Notes: a model not told the origin generated them from the letters alone. Positions 9,407 to 18,726 are shown, counted from the stretch's first letter. The stretch: DNA of 32,000 nt from Cyanothece sp. BG0011 (GCF_003013815.1 NZ_PRLH01000189.1:2301-34300); one strand, 5' to 3'. A program made the numbers and translations.

Positions 9407-9538
9407 TTCATCTATTTTATAGGGGCAATTTCTTAATTGTCCCTTAACTATATCAAACTTATCTATTTTAATGACCCCCTAACAATTGACAGATTTTAGT
9501 TAAAATTCAGAGTAGTAACTAACTAATTTGAAAAAATA

Positions 9539-10645
9539 ATGACCAATTTAAACACATTATTCACTCCTTGTCAACTCGGTAAGATTACGTTAGAAAATCG
9601 AGTGGTTATGGCACCTTTAACCCGTTCGAGGGCCGGAGAAGAAAGAATGCCTAATGACCTCATGAAAGAGTATTATAGACAAAGAAAATCAGCCGGATTA
9701 ATTATTAGTGAAGCGACGGTTATCTCCCGACAAGCTTGTGGTTGGTTGCATAGTCCCGGTATTTATTCAGACGAACAAATGGAAGCTTGGAAACCCATCA
9801 CCCAAGCACTTCATGAAACAGAAACTCCTATTTTTTTACAACTTTGGCACTGTGGAAGAGCATCCCATAGTAGCTTTCAAGAAAACAATCAATTACCGGT
9901 TTCTGCATCAGCCGTTAAACTAAACGAAGACTATATTCATACTCCTATCGGTAAGCAACCCTACGAAACCCCTCGTCCCTTAGAAACCGAAGAAATACCC
10001 CGTATTGTCGAAGATTATCGCTTAGCTGCTGAAAGGGCAAAAAACGCTGGTTTTGATGGGGTTGAAATTCATTCAGCCAATGGTTATTTAATCGACCAAT
10101 TTTTACAATCAAAAACCAATCATCGCACCGATAAATATGGTGGAAGTATTGAAAATCGCTATCGTTTTTTAAAAGAAATTGTTGAAGCAGTTTTAACCGT
10201 TTTTCCTGCTAATCAAATCGGGGTAAAATTATCCCCTAATGGAAATTTTAATGATATGGGTTCCCCTGAATATCGAGAATTATTTACCTATGTAGCTAAA
10301 CAATTAAATCATTATAATTTAGCTTATCTTCATATAGTAGATGGGTTAGAATTTGGATTTCATAACCTAGGAGAACCCATGACCTTAACCGAGTTTCGTC
10401 AGGTATTTGATGGGGTATTAATGGGAAATTGTGGTTATACGAAAAAAAGTGCAGAAGCAGTCATAAAAGCTGGAAATGCTGATTTAATTGCCTTTGGACG
10501 ACCCTTTATTAGTAACCCTGATTTAGTAGAAAGATTCGCCAATAACTGGCCTTTAAATCCCCCTGCGGATATGAAAGATTGGTATTCTTTCGACCCAGAA
10601 GGTTATATTGATTTTCCGACTTATCAAGAGATGAAGAATGGTTAA
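9539..10645 (+). CDS. alkene reductase / Old Yellow Enzyme family (NemA-like)
   Basis: OYE motifs: ENRVVMAPLTRSRA, LQLWHCGRASH, GFDGVEIHSANGYLIDQFLQ, NHRTDKYGGSIENRYRF, LIAFGRPFISNPDLVERF. Confidence 0.92.
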   Translation: MTNLNTLFTPCQLGKITLENRVVMAPLTRSRAGEERMPNDLMKEYYRQRKSAGLIISEATVISRQACGWLHSPGIYSDEQMEAWKPITQALHETETPIFLQLWHCGRASHSSFQENNQLPVSASAVKLNEDYIHTPIGKQPYETPRPLETEEIPRIVEDYRLAAERAKNAGFDGVEIHSANGYLIDQFLQSKTNHRTDKYGGSIENRYRFLKEIVEAVLTVFPANQIGVKLSPNGNFNDMGSPEYRELFTYVAKQLNHYNLAYLHIVDGLEFGFHNLGEPMTLTEFRQVFDGVLMGNCGYTKKSAEAVIKAGNADLIAFGRPFISNPDLVERFANNWPLNPPADMKDWYSFDPEGYIDFPTYQEMKNG

Positions 10646-10691
10646 TTAAAGTCTTTTTGATACTGAGCAATGAGCTAACATAGATACTTTT

Positions 10692-10717
10692 TAGAGACAA
10701 CTCATGGGTTGTCTCTA
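10692..10717 (+). terminator. hairpin downstream of the OYE gene
   Basis: Perfect 10-bp stem TAGAGACAAC (10692-10701) / GTTGTCTCTA (10708-10717) with a 6-nt loop. It is 47 bp past the stop and followed by GATTTGTT, a weak T-tract. Confidence 0.55.
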
Positions 10718-10797
10718 GATTTGTTAACTTAGGTTTATCTCTAAGGATTAAATACGCTAAAATTAAAGCGGCTAAATTTAGACGATGAAGCTTTTTA

Positions 10798-11382
10798 ATG
10801 TTTAATTTTTTATCACCTTCAAGCAATCCCCAACACCTAGCACGCTCTTTTCTCTGGTTAGGTAGAATCGGTCTCATTTTGCAAATGATACTAGGATTTA
10901 TTCCCTTGTTAGTAGTCGTTGCTTATGTTTTATCTCAATCAGCACCAAGAGCAACAGGAGGCTTTTCCTTTGGATTATGGCTGGCTATTGCTTCTTTAAT
11001 TATACTAATATTTAGTATTTATTGGTGTTTTCGTTATACTCAAATCGCCAAAAAATTGAGAAAAGTAGAAACAAGACCCTCTAAATCTCAGGTCATTCGG
11101 AATTTACAATTAGGATTATTAGCTAATATTGTAATTTTAATTATTACAGTTATTATTGCCCTAGTTAGGGTCGGAGAGTTAACCTTTAAATTGTTAACTA
11201 TACCCCAAGGTGCCACAGTAATTGCTCCTAATCAAATTAGCCCAACCTTAGCCACTCGAGGAGCCTTAATTACCCCATCCAATATGATTGCAATTCAAGC
11301 AATGCTTAATGTCATTGCCGCGGGTTTAATCGGGGTTATTATTGCTTTATTATTGATCTATCAAGTGGGAAAACAACCCTAA
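10798..11382 (+). CDS. DUF3611 family membrane protein
   Basis: 194 aa. N-terminus ARSFLWLGRIGLILQMILGFIPLL and later LATRGALITPSNMIAIQAMLNVIAAGLIG are as in cyanobacterial/plastid DUF3611 proteins. Confidence 0.8.
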   Translation: MFNFLSPSSNPQHLARSFLWLGRIGLILQMILGFIPLLVVVAYVLSQSAPRATGGFSFGLWLAIASLIILIFSIYWCFRYTQIAKKLRKVETRPSKSQVIRNLQLGLLANIVILIITVIIALVRVGELTFKLLTIPQGATVIAPNQISPTLATRGALITPSNMIAIQAMLNVIAAGLIGVIIALLLIYQVGKQP

Positions 11383-11506
11383 TAAGTAACATTGAAAAAA
11401 TCATAATGTTAAGTCTCATTACAAAAATAGCTTTAGGGCTTGCAAAAGGTTAAGGGGATTCAGGTAAGATACTGTAAGTAAACTTAATGGCTAAATTTTA
11501 ATTATA

Positions 11507-11836
11507 ATGGGTCTCAAAATAATTGAAAACTTTGATGCTAACTTTACCCTCGCCCCAGAAGCTAAAGAAACCCTATTTAATTTATTAAATCATCAAGACT
11601 TTCTTAAACAAATTTCTCAACAACTATCAAATAGGGAAATATCTATCCAATTTACTGAATTAATATTTCAACCCGTTCCTTACAGTAGCCAAACCCCCAA
11701 AGGAATGCCCATAGAATTTGAGAAATATCACCATTCTGATGAACATATTATTATTAATGTTCCCCCTAATTTTATGTTCAAAGCCAAAATCTTTAAACCG
11801 AGTCGTCTTTGTGCTATTTACCACCTCATTAAATAA
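11507..11836 (+). CDS. hypothetical protein
   Basis: 109-aa ORF in an otherwise unassigned interval, on the same strand as its neighbours. No family recognised. Confidence 0.5.
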   Translation: MGLKIIENFDANFTLAPEAKETLFNLLNHQDFLKQISQQLSNREISIQFTELIFQPVPYSSQTPKGMPIEFEKYHHSDEHIIINVPPNFMFKAKIFKPSRLCAIYHLIK

Positions 11837-11879
11837 TATGGCTCGTCCTTAACTTCATTCTTTTCTTGAAAATTACCTT

Positions 11880-12419
11880 ATGATTACTAACACTCACCTA
11901 CCTAGTTTAAACAGTTTAGATTATCTACCCTACTTAGACGAAAATGGGATAATTGCCGAAAACTTACACAAAAAAATTGGAGTTTATGCCATTTTTGACA
12001 AAAATAAACAATTAAAATTTATTGGTTATTCCCGTGATATTTATGCCAGTTTGAAACAGCATTTGGTAAGGCAACCGAAACAATGTTATTGGCTCAAAGT
12101 TGAAATTATTGAACGTCCTAGTCGCACTATTTTAGAAGAAATAAAAAATAATTGGACAGAAGAAAATGGAGATTTATCTATCAATGAGGAAAGTTATCAA
12201 AACTTATGGACACAACCTATTGATGCTAAAGTTTACATGACAGGAGAAGACAAAGAAACTTATCAAAATAGTGATGAATTAGGACAAATTAAACTACTCA
12301 AAAAAGTATCAAGACGAGTTCAAGCAGACATTGAAGAAACCTTAAAGCAACGAGGAAATCAAACAGAAATTCGCTTTAACCCTAAACTAAAAGAACAAGG
12401 ATTATTAGATTTAAAATAA
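11880..12419 (+). CDS. GIY-YIG nuclease superfamily protein
   Basis: GVYAIFDKNKQLKFIGYSRDIYASLKQHL matches the GIY-YIG core. The rest is a conserved-type cyanobacterial architecture. Confidence 0.75.
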   Translation: MITNTHLPSLNSLDYLPYLDENGIIAENLHKKIGVYAIFDKNKQLKFIGYSRDIYASLKQHLVRQPKQCYWLKVEIIERPSRTILEEIKNNWTEENGDLSINEESYQNLWTQPIDAKVYMTGEDKETYQNSDELGQIKLLKKVSRRVQADIEETLKQRGNQTEIRFNPKLKEQGLLDLK

Positions 12420-12422
12420 AAT

Positions 12423-12452
12423 TGATCACGGGTCACTGATAACTGATCACTA
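12423..12452. repeat. short palindromic GATCA/CACTGAT-type interspersed repeat
   Basis: TGATCACGGGTCACTGATAACTGATCACT lies between two same-strand genes. A related TGAGCAGTGATCAGTGAGCAGTGACCAC copy occurs at 14376-14404. Confidence 0.55.
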
Positions 12453-12509
12453 AAGAAATGTTGTACATTAAAAAGTGAAGTTACTTTAATCATCAAGGAG
12501 CAACCCGTA

Positions 12510-13019
12510 ATGACTTGGCGTGGTTCAGTCAGTATTCCCGATCGCATTTTTGGCACGTTAGTTTATTGCTTTGCCATTTTTGACACAATGTTTTTTGGCA
12601 GTTTTCTGTTACAACAGTTTCCCGTGTTCAACTTTCTGTTAATTCCAGCCTTACCCGTGGGACTCACCTATAGTTTATTAGGGACACTCCTTGGACCATT
12701 AGGGCGTTTTGGTAGTTTTCTCGTCTTTATTCTTCTGTTTGCCTTAGTGGTCCGCAACGATCGCATTAGCCATTTTATCCGTTATAACGCCATGCAATCC
12801 ATTCTCATTGGCATTTTATTGGCCTTAGCCGGCATTGTCATGCAGTATGTTTTAATTCCGGCCTTGGGACGCAGTGGCCTTCTAATTGAAACCCTCTATA
12901 ATGTGCTATTTTTAGGGGGTCTAGGCGCCTCTTACTTCTCCATTATTCAATCAGCCTTAGGACGCTACGCAGAAATTCCTACGATTTCTGAGGCCGCTTA
13001 TGCTCAGGTTCGCTGGTAG
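12510..13019 (+). CDS. Tic20 family protein
   Basis: 169 aa with 4 hydrophobic segments. Motifs RISHFIRYNAMQSIL and the C-terminal SEAAYAQVRW are typical of the cyanobacterial Tic20/Ycf60 family. Confidence 0.88.
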   Translation: MTWRGSVSIPDRIFGTLVYCFAIFDTMFFGSFLLQQFPVFNFLLIPALPVGLTYSLLGTLLGPLGRFGSFLVFILLFALVVRNDRISHFIRYNAMQSILIGILLALAGIVMQYVLIPALGRSGLLIETLYNVLFLGGLGASYFSIIQSALGRYAEIPTISEAAYAQVRW

Positions 13020-13806
13020 AAACCTGAGAAGGTGGCGCACTGATGACAGGGTTTTCAATACTACCAATCCCCTCAATTTCGACCCGAACGCGATCGCCCA
13101 CATTGAGGGGTCCCACACCTTCTGGGGTTCCTGTGAGGATAACATCCCCTGGAAACAAAGTCATAATTTGAGAAATATAAGAAACGATGGCTTGAGGAGA
13201 GAAAACCATATCCTGAACCAAAGCAGACTGTCGGGGTTCAGTCTCATTATTAACAAAGGTTTGAATGGCTGCGGCCGTACTTAATTCGCGGATTACCCAA
13301 GGACCAAGGGGACAAAAAGTATCAAATCCCTTTGCCCGAACCCATTGATTATCCTTTCTCTGAAAATCGCGGGCAGTAATATCATTAGCAATGGTATAAC
13401 CCCAAATTTTACTACGGGCTTCTTGCTCAGAACAATTTTTAGTCACTTCAGCGATCACTAAAGCCAATTCTCCCTCATAATCAACCTGTTGAGACTGGGG
13501 GGGATAATAAATCGGTTGACCTTCTCCGATCAGGGTTGAAGGGGGTTTAAGAAACAATAACGGTTCTGTGGGAACCGTATTACCCAACTCCTCGGCGTGG
13601 GCCTTATAGTTTCTGCCCACGGCAATAATTTTAGAGGGAAAACAAGGGGCTAAAAATTCATAACTATCAGCCTTTAAGACAACGCCACTGGGTTGTCCCC
13701 CATCCCAAGGAGCAGCGTCAAACACAGCCACACTGCGATTTAGATTAAGTGAGCCATAATGGATGTTTTCTTGAGTTGTTTTTACTCGAACGTAGCGTTG
13801 CGGCAT
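12979..13806 (-). CDS. fumarylacetoacetate hydrolase family protein
   Basis: KIIAVGRNYKAHAEELGN, FLKPPSTLIGEGQPI, DYEGELALVI, GYTIANDITARDFQ, PGDVILTGTPEGVGPL. Confidence 0.93.
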   Translation of the reverse strand: MPQRYVRVKTTQENIHYGSLNLNRSVAVFDAAPWDGGQPSGVVLKADSYEFLAPCFPSKIIAVGRNYKAHAEELGNTVPTEPLLFLKPPSTLIGEGQPIYYPPQSQQVDYEGELALVIAEVTKNCSEQEARSKIWGYTIANDITARDFQRKDNQWVRAKGFDTFCPLGPWVIRELSTAAAIQTFVNNETEPRQSALVQDMVFSPQAIVSYISQIMTLFPGDVILTGTPEGVGPLNVGDRVRVEIEGIGSIENPVISAPPSQVSTSEPEHKRPQKS

Positions 13807-13901
13807 AAACTTGAGCAGTCAGTTAGGTTAGAAATAGACTAATCAGCTATTCAATATGGTAGCTATTAGTCATAGAGTCGTAGTATGATTTTAAGGTAAT
13901 C

Positions 13902-13925
13902 TGTCTCAAAAAGGAGACATTTTTT
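13902..13925 (+). terminator. intrinsic-terminator-like hairpin in the rpsF leader
   Basis: TGTCTC (13902-13907), AAAAAG loop, GAGACA (13914-13919), immediately followed by TTTTTT (13920-13925). It lies about 90 nt upstream of the rpsF ATG in the same orientation. Confidence 0.5.
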
Positions 13926-14015
13926 CATTTGATTAGTTTCGAGTGATCCTTGCTTCTTGATCTCAAGACCATGAGCTAATCACGAAGCCAACTTGTCCAT
14001 AAGGAGTTTAAACCC

Positions 14016-14372
14016 ATGAGTCAACATTACGAAATGATTTTTATCTTGCGTCCTGACCTATCAGAAGAGCAAGTTAATCAAGCAGTGAGCAAATATCAGG
14101 ACTTTTTAACTGAAAATAACGCCACAGACCTACAAACGAAAATTTGGGGCAAACGTCGTCTTGCCTATCCTATTCAAAAAAAGGTCGATGGCATTTATGT
14201 GCAGTTTAATTATCAAGCAGATGGAAGCCAAATTGCACCCCTAGAACGGATGATGCGGTTAGGAGAAGATGTGATGCGCTATCTGACCATCAAATTAGAT
14301 AACGTCTCCTCAGAAACCCCCGAAGACGAAGAAGAAGCCGCCTCTGAAGAACCGGTTGCCTCTGAAGCTTAA
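14016..14372 (+). CDS. rpsF: 30S ribosomal protein S6
   Basis: [45 protein letters not shown] and an acidic C-terminal tail. AAGGAG lies upstream. Confidence 0.96.
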   Translation: MSQHYEMIFILRPDLSEEQVNQAVSKYQDFLTENNATDLQTKIWGKRRLAYPIQKKVDGIYVQFNYQADGSQIAPLERMMRLGEDVMRYLTIKLDNVSSETPEDEEEAASEEPVASEA

Positions 14373-14375
14373 AGA

Positions 14376-14404
14376 GTGAGCAGTGATCAGTGAGCAGTGA
14401 CCAC
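14376..14404. repeat. tandem GTGAGCAGTGA copies within a palindromic interspersed repeat
   Basis: GTGAGCAGTGA occurs at 14376-14386 and 14390-14400, overlapping the palindromic CAGTGATCAGTG region, immediately after the rpsF stop. Confidence 0.6.
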
Positions 14405-14463
14405 TTACTGATCTTCTTTTTCGGTAAACTACAAGGGAGTTACCAAACAAAGGATAAAAATCG

Positions 14464-15519
14464 GTGAAAACTCGATTAGCTATTTTAGGGGTGGGACGTT
14501 GGGGAACCCACCTAGTCCGCAATTTTTTAGCCCATCCTCAAGCAGAAGTGGTGGCGATCGCTGATCCGGTTGCTGATAATTTAACGAGAATTCAAGAAAA
14601 GTTTTCCCTAGATCCCCAATCTATTTTATTAACCTCGGATTGGTCAACCATTAAACAACAAGTAGACTTAGAGGCCATCGTCGTCGTCACCCCGGCCTCA
14701 ACCCATTATCCTCTGATTAAAGAGGCGTTATCATCGGGATATCATGTCTTAGCCGAAAAACCATTAACCCTTGATCCGGGGGAATGTTTAGAATTAACTC
14801 GTTTAGCCACAGCGCAAAAACGACAATTGATGATCGATCATACCTATTTATTCCATGCGGCTGTCAATCAGGGTAAATCGACGGTAGAAGCAGGAAGTTT
14901 AGGAAAATTACGTTATGGTTATGCCAGTCGCACCCATTTAGGGCCAGTCCGTCAAGATGTGGACGCGCTCTGGGATTTAGCCATTCACGATCTTAGTATT
15001 TTTAACCACTGGTTAGGGGAATATCCGAACCAAGTACAAGCACAAGGAACCATTTGGTTACAAAGCGATCGCCGCACTCCTTTATCCCCAGACGGGTTAG
15101 GGGACATGGTTTGGGTAAGGTTGTCTTATCCGAGTGGATTTCAAGCCACCATTCATCTATGCTGGTGTAATCCTGATAAACAGCGTCGCCTCTGTGTGGT
15201 GGGCAGTGAAGGGACGTTAATTTTTGATGAAATGTCTCAGAATGAACCCCTCGTTTTACAACAGGGTTATCTACAACCTCAAGGGGAAAAATGGATTCCC
15301 CAAGGACAAAATAAACAGGTGATTGCGGTGGCCAAAGCAGAACCCCTCAAAGTAGTCTGCGATCGCTTTTTAGATAGTATTCGCACGAATCAGCCTTGTG
15401 AGATATCTTCGGGAATAGTGGCCACTAAATTAGTGCAAATTTTAACCGCTTTAAGTCATTCCCTCGAACAAAAGGGCGCGACCATTTCGATTCCCCCTTT
15501 AGACCCCGTCTCTCGTTAA
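14464..15519 (+). CDS. Gfo/Idh/MocA family oxidoreductase
   Basis: N-terminal Rossmann motif LGVGRWGTHLVRNF, HVLAEKPLTLDPGE, and a YLFHAAVNQGK/GSLG linker typical of the family. Confidence 0.9.
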   Translation: MKTRLAILGVGRWGTHLVRNFLAHPQAEVVAIADPVADNLTRIQEKFSLDPQSILLTSDWSTIKQQVDLEAIVVVTPASTHYPLIKEALSSGYHVLAEKPLTLDPGECLELTRLATAQKRQLMIDHTYLFHAAVNQGKSTVEAGSLGKLRYGYASRTHLGPVRQDVDALWDLAIHDLSIFNHWLGEYPNQVQAQGTIWLQSDRRTPLSPDGLGDMVWVRLSYPSGFQATIHLCWCNPDKQRRLCVVGSEGTLIFDEMSQNEPLVLQQGYLQPQGEKWIPQGQNKQVIAVAKAEPLKVVCDRFLDSIRTNQPCEISSGIVATKLVQILTALSHSLEQKGATISIPPLDPVSR

Positions 15520-16400
15520 CTTTCATTGTCAGGCATAGGTCTCCGTTTCGTTTCCGGTAAGCTAGGATAAGGGCGGTAGGGCATGGGAATATACTGTACA
15601 GAAGGTCTTCCCCCGGACGGTTGGGGATACAATTCCATCAAGTGGTAAATCTCTTTGGGCAATCCCACGGTGATAGGTAAACCAATCTGACTGGCCTGCT
15701 CAACAGAAATCGGACAATCATGGGTAATTTTTCCTGTGGTCAACAGATCAATAATCCCTTCAATCTTCTCAGGAGCGATTTTAGGCTCTGGAATATCGTC
15801 TTTAAGGAGCGTCCTGACAAAGGTTTGCACTTGGTTGATGGCTTTTAAGGCCAAATCTCCCATAATTAACGTCTGATCATCGATTTTATCGATAGGTTTA
15901 CGTTGTATAACGTTTAAAATACTGGCGGCTGCCATATTACCCAATTGGGGATCAACCGGACCTAAGACGGCGTTAGCATCCATAATAATTTCATCCGCTG
16001 CCAAAGCCAACATAGTCCCCCCACTCATGGCATAGTGAGGAACAAAAACAGTGACTTTAGAAGGATGACGAATTAAGGCTCTGGCGATTTGTTCTGTCGC
16101 TAAGACTAATCCCCCAGGGGTGTGTAAAATGAGGTCAATGGGTGTATCGGCGGGGGTGAGACGGATGGCTCGCAATACTTGTTCTGAATCTTCGATGGAA
16201 ATATAACGAGATAGGGGAATTCCCAGTAAACTGAGGGATTCTTGACGATGAATCAATAAAATGACTCGACTTTTACGATTCTTTTCAAATTCTCTAATGG
16301 CTTCTATCCTTCGCCCTTCGATGCGACGGCGTTGGATCACAGGTTGTAAAGAGGAAATCACCAGGAAGATCCAAAAAAAATCGAAAAAATTAAAATTCAT
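15516..16400 (-). CDS. membrane-anchored SDH-family Clp-fold serine proteinase
   Basis: TM anchor FFDFFWIFLVISSLQPVIQRR, LILHTPGGLVLATEQIARAL, YAMSGGTMLALAADEIIMD, LGPVDPQLG. The track ORF begins at 16445; the internal Met at 16400 (MNFNFFDFFWIF) is a likelier start. Confidence 0.85.
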   Translation of the reverse strand: MNFNFFDFFWIFLVISSLQPVIQRRRIEGRRIEAIREFEKNRKSRVILLIHRQESLSLLGIPLSRYISIEDSEQVLRAIRLTPADTPIDLILHTPGGLVLATEQIARALIRHPSKVTVFVPHYAMSGGTMLALAADEIIMDANAVLGPVDPQLGNMAAASILNVIQRKPIDKIDDQTLIMGDLALKAINQVQTFVRTLLKDDIPEPKIAPEKIEGIIDLLTTGKITHDCPISVEQASQIGLPITVGLPKEIYHLMELYPQPSGGRPSVQYIPMPYRPYPSLPETKRRPMPDNES

Positions 16401-16716
16401 ACTATGATTAAGGGTTAAATTCTTATGAGTAAAGTCTAACCCCAATCTTATTGTGGATCATCCCTCTTTTTTCAGATTTGCTTTTACTAACAATAATACA
16501 TTAAAACTTAATTAAATTTATCCTTTGAATTGTTAACTTAAGTAAACTCATTATTAACTGAATCAAAAGATTAGGAAAAGTTCCTAAAAATCCATGCACA
16601 AATCAGAAACCCTTGAGTAGAATCTGACTAGCTCTGCTTTTAAAGAGACAAAATTTTGTAGCAAAGTCAACACTTTGTTAACAACAAAATGTGTTAAATA
16701 AAGTAATTAGGATGCT

Positions 16717-17664
16717 ATGACAGAATCTGTTCTCACAGGACAAATAAATACTTCAGGCGATCGCCCGAAAGTCCAAAAATGGATGAGATTTTTAGTCTGG
16801 AAAATCGCCATCGCCACCCTACTACTAATGGCTGTCGGCAGTGCCACACGGGTGATGAATGCCGGGTTAGCTTGTCCCGACTGGCCCCTATGTTATGGCC
16901 AGTTAGTCCCCACCCAACAAATGAACCTACAAGTCTTCTTAGAATGGTTCCATCGCTTGGATGCTTCTTTAATTGGTTTGAGTACCCTGGCGTTAGTGGG
17001 ACTGTCTTGGTGGTTTCGCAAAGAACTCCCCAAATGGCTACCCTGGGCTTGTTTAGGGGCATTAGGTCTAATTGTCTTCCAAGGAATTTTAGGGGGTTTA
17101 ACGGTCACTCAAATGTTGCGGTTTGATATTGTGACCGCCCATTTAGGAACGGCTCTACTCTTTTTTGCCACCTTAGTGATCATTGCCCTGTGTTTAACCC
17201 CCTATCAAGGCACCACCACCGCCGGTAAACTGCGCTGGGCTAGCCTGATTGCTGCTATTTTAGTTTATATCCAATGCTTATTAGGGGCTTTAGTGGGGTC
17301 CCGTTGGGCCTTGCATCAATGTTTTGGGGGTTCCCAACTCTGCGCGGTGATGAATAGTCATATCATTGGGGTGGTTCCTGCTACCCTAGCCACGTTAACC
17401 GTTGTGGTTATGGCCTGGCGCACTCCGGCCCTTCATCCTACCTTGAGAACACTGGCTTGGGTAGCCGGGGGTGTGGTACTATTACAAGTCCTCTTAGGGG
17501 TAGCCACCTTTTACCTACATTTACAGGTAGAACCCTTAACAGTGACTCATCATACTGTCGGGGCTGCTTTATTTGCCACATTAGTGGCTTTGACAACCCT
17601 AGGAATGCGAGATGCAAACGGCTACGTAGACGGCAAGCGGCAAGCGGCAAAAGGCAACAGTTAA
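16717..17664 (+). CDS. ctaA: heme A synthase (COX15/CtaA family)
   Basis: GSATRVMNAGLACPDWPLCYGQLVP, EWFHRLDASLIG, GGLTVTQ, VTHHTVGAALF. Located directly upstream of ctaB. Confidence 0.92.
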   Translation: MTESVLTGQINTSGDRPKVQKWMRFLVWKIAIATLLLMAVGSATRVMNAGLACPDWPLCYGQLVPTQQMNLQVFLEWFHRLDASLIGLSTLALVGLSWWFRKELPKWLPWACLGALGLIVFQGILGGLTVTQMLRFDIVTAHLGTALLFFATLVIIALCLTPYQGTTTAGKLRWASLIAAILVYIQCLLGALVGSRWALHQCFGGSQLCAVMNSHIIGVVPATLATLTVVVMAWRTPALHPTLRTLAWVAGGVVLLQVLLGVATFYLHLQVEPLTVTHHTVGAALFATLVALTTLGMRDANGYVDGKRQAAKGNS

Positions 17665-17765
17665 TCATCTCCATAGGTTGCTTAACGAATAGCCTTTGTG
17701 TGTTGCTGTCTTTTTTTGTGCTTAGCACAACAACTTATTAACTTAATAGAATTTGGTGTGAATTA

Positions 17766-18710
17766 ATGATTGGGACTGATGTTGTCCGTCGTAACGAGAA
17801 CTTTTTACAAGTGGTTAGAAGTTATTATCAACTAACCAAACCGAGGATTATTCCTCTCTTATTAATTACCACGGCCGCTTCGATGTGGATTGCCTCTGAG
17901 GGTCAAGTCGACTCCTTTAAACTGTTAATTACCTTATTAGGAGGAACCCTCGCGGCCGCTTCAGCGCAAGTGATGAACTGTATCTACGATCGCGACATTG
18001 ATTATGAAATGTTGCGCACCCGGGCCCGCCCCATTCCTTCGGGCCGAGTACAGTCTAGTCACGCCCTCATTTTTGCCCTGGTATTGGCAGTCATTTCTTT
18101 TAGCCTCTTTCTCATTTATATCAACCTTCTCAGTGGCTTATTGGCCATGTCTGGTATTGCCTTCTATATGTTGGTGTATACCCACTTTCTCAAACGGAAT
18201 ACCCCTCAAAATATTGTTATTGGTGGGGCCGCTGGTTCCATTCCTCCTCTGGTGGGTTGGGCCGCTGTCACTGGGGATCTCAGTTGGGCCCCCTGGATTT
18301 TATTTGCCATTATTTTCCTCTGGACTCCCCCCCATTTTTGGGCGTTAGCTTTGATGATTAAAGATGATTATGCCCAGGTGAATGTGCCAATGATGCCGGT
18401 CATCGAAGGAGAAGAGTCAACGGTCCGTCAAATTTGGTGGTACACCCTCTTAGTGATTCCCTGCACTTTCTTATTAGTCTATCCGGTGGGGGCTTCCGGT
18501 TGGCTATATGGGGTAATGGCCTTATGCTTAGGGGCGATGTTTATCAAGAAAAGCTGGTTACTTAAACAAAACCCCTTAGATAAAGAGATGGCAAAATCCT
18601 TGTTTAAGTTTTCTATCCTCTATTTGATGTTGTTATGCACCGCTATGGTAGTGGATAGTTTACCCTTTACCCATCAATTGTTTACAGCGATGATCAATTT
18701 CGTTAGTTAA
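17766..18710 (+). CDS. ctaB: protoheme IX farnesyltransferase (heme O synthase)
   Basis: LTKPRIIPLLLITTAASM, NCIYDRDIDYEMLRTRARPIPSGR, FLWTPPHFWALALMIKDDY. Confidence 0.95.
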   Translation: MIGTDVVRRNENFLQVVRSYYQLTKPRIIPLLLITTAASMWIASEGQVDSFKLLITLLGGTLAAASAQVMNCIYDRDIDYEMLRTRARPIPSGRVQSSHALIFALVLAVISFSLFLIYINLLSGLLAMSGIAFYMLVYTHFLKRNTPQNIVIGGAAGSIPPLVGWAAVTGDLSWAPWILFAIIFLWTPPHFWALALMIKDDYAQVNVPMMPVIEGEESTVRQIWWYTLLVIPCTFLLVYPVGASGWLYGVMALCLGAMFIKKSWLLKQNPLDKEMAKSLFKFSILYLMLLCTAMVVDSLPFTHQLFTAMINFVS

Positions 18711-18726
18711 TCGGGCAATGATGGTG

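Noticed and set aside
10509-10877. 122-aa minus-strand ORF overlapping the ends of the OYE and DUF3611 genes
   Set aside because: It crosses the hairpin at 10692-10717 and both flanking CDSs, and its composition is not protein-like. It is probably chance.
10798-13019. Possible membrane-complex locus formed by DUF3611 and Tic20 genes
   Set aside because: They are separated by two unrelated ORFs with 100-bp-scale gaps, and no evidence links them beyond both being membrane proteins with plastid homologues.
16733-17728. Multiple ORFs antisense or out of frame to ctaA (16733..17062 -, 16779..17126 +, 16893..17108 -, 17438..17728 -, 17457..17741 +)
   Set aside because: CtaA has clear family motifs over the full span. 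The others are chance open frames in a slightly GC-richer gene.
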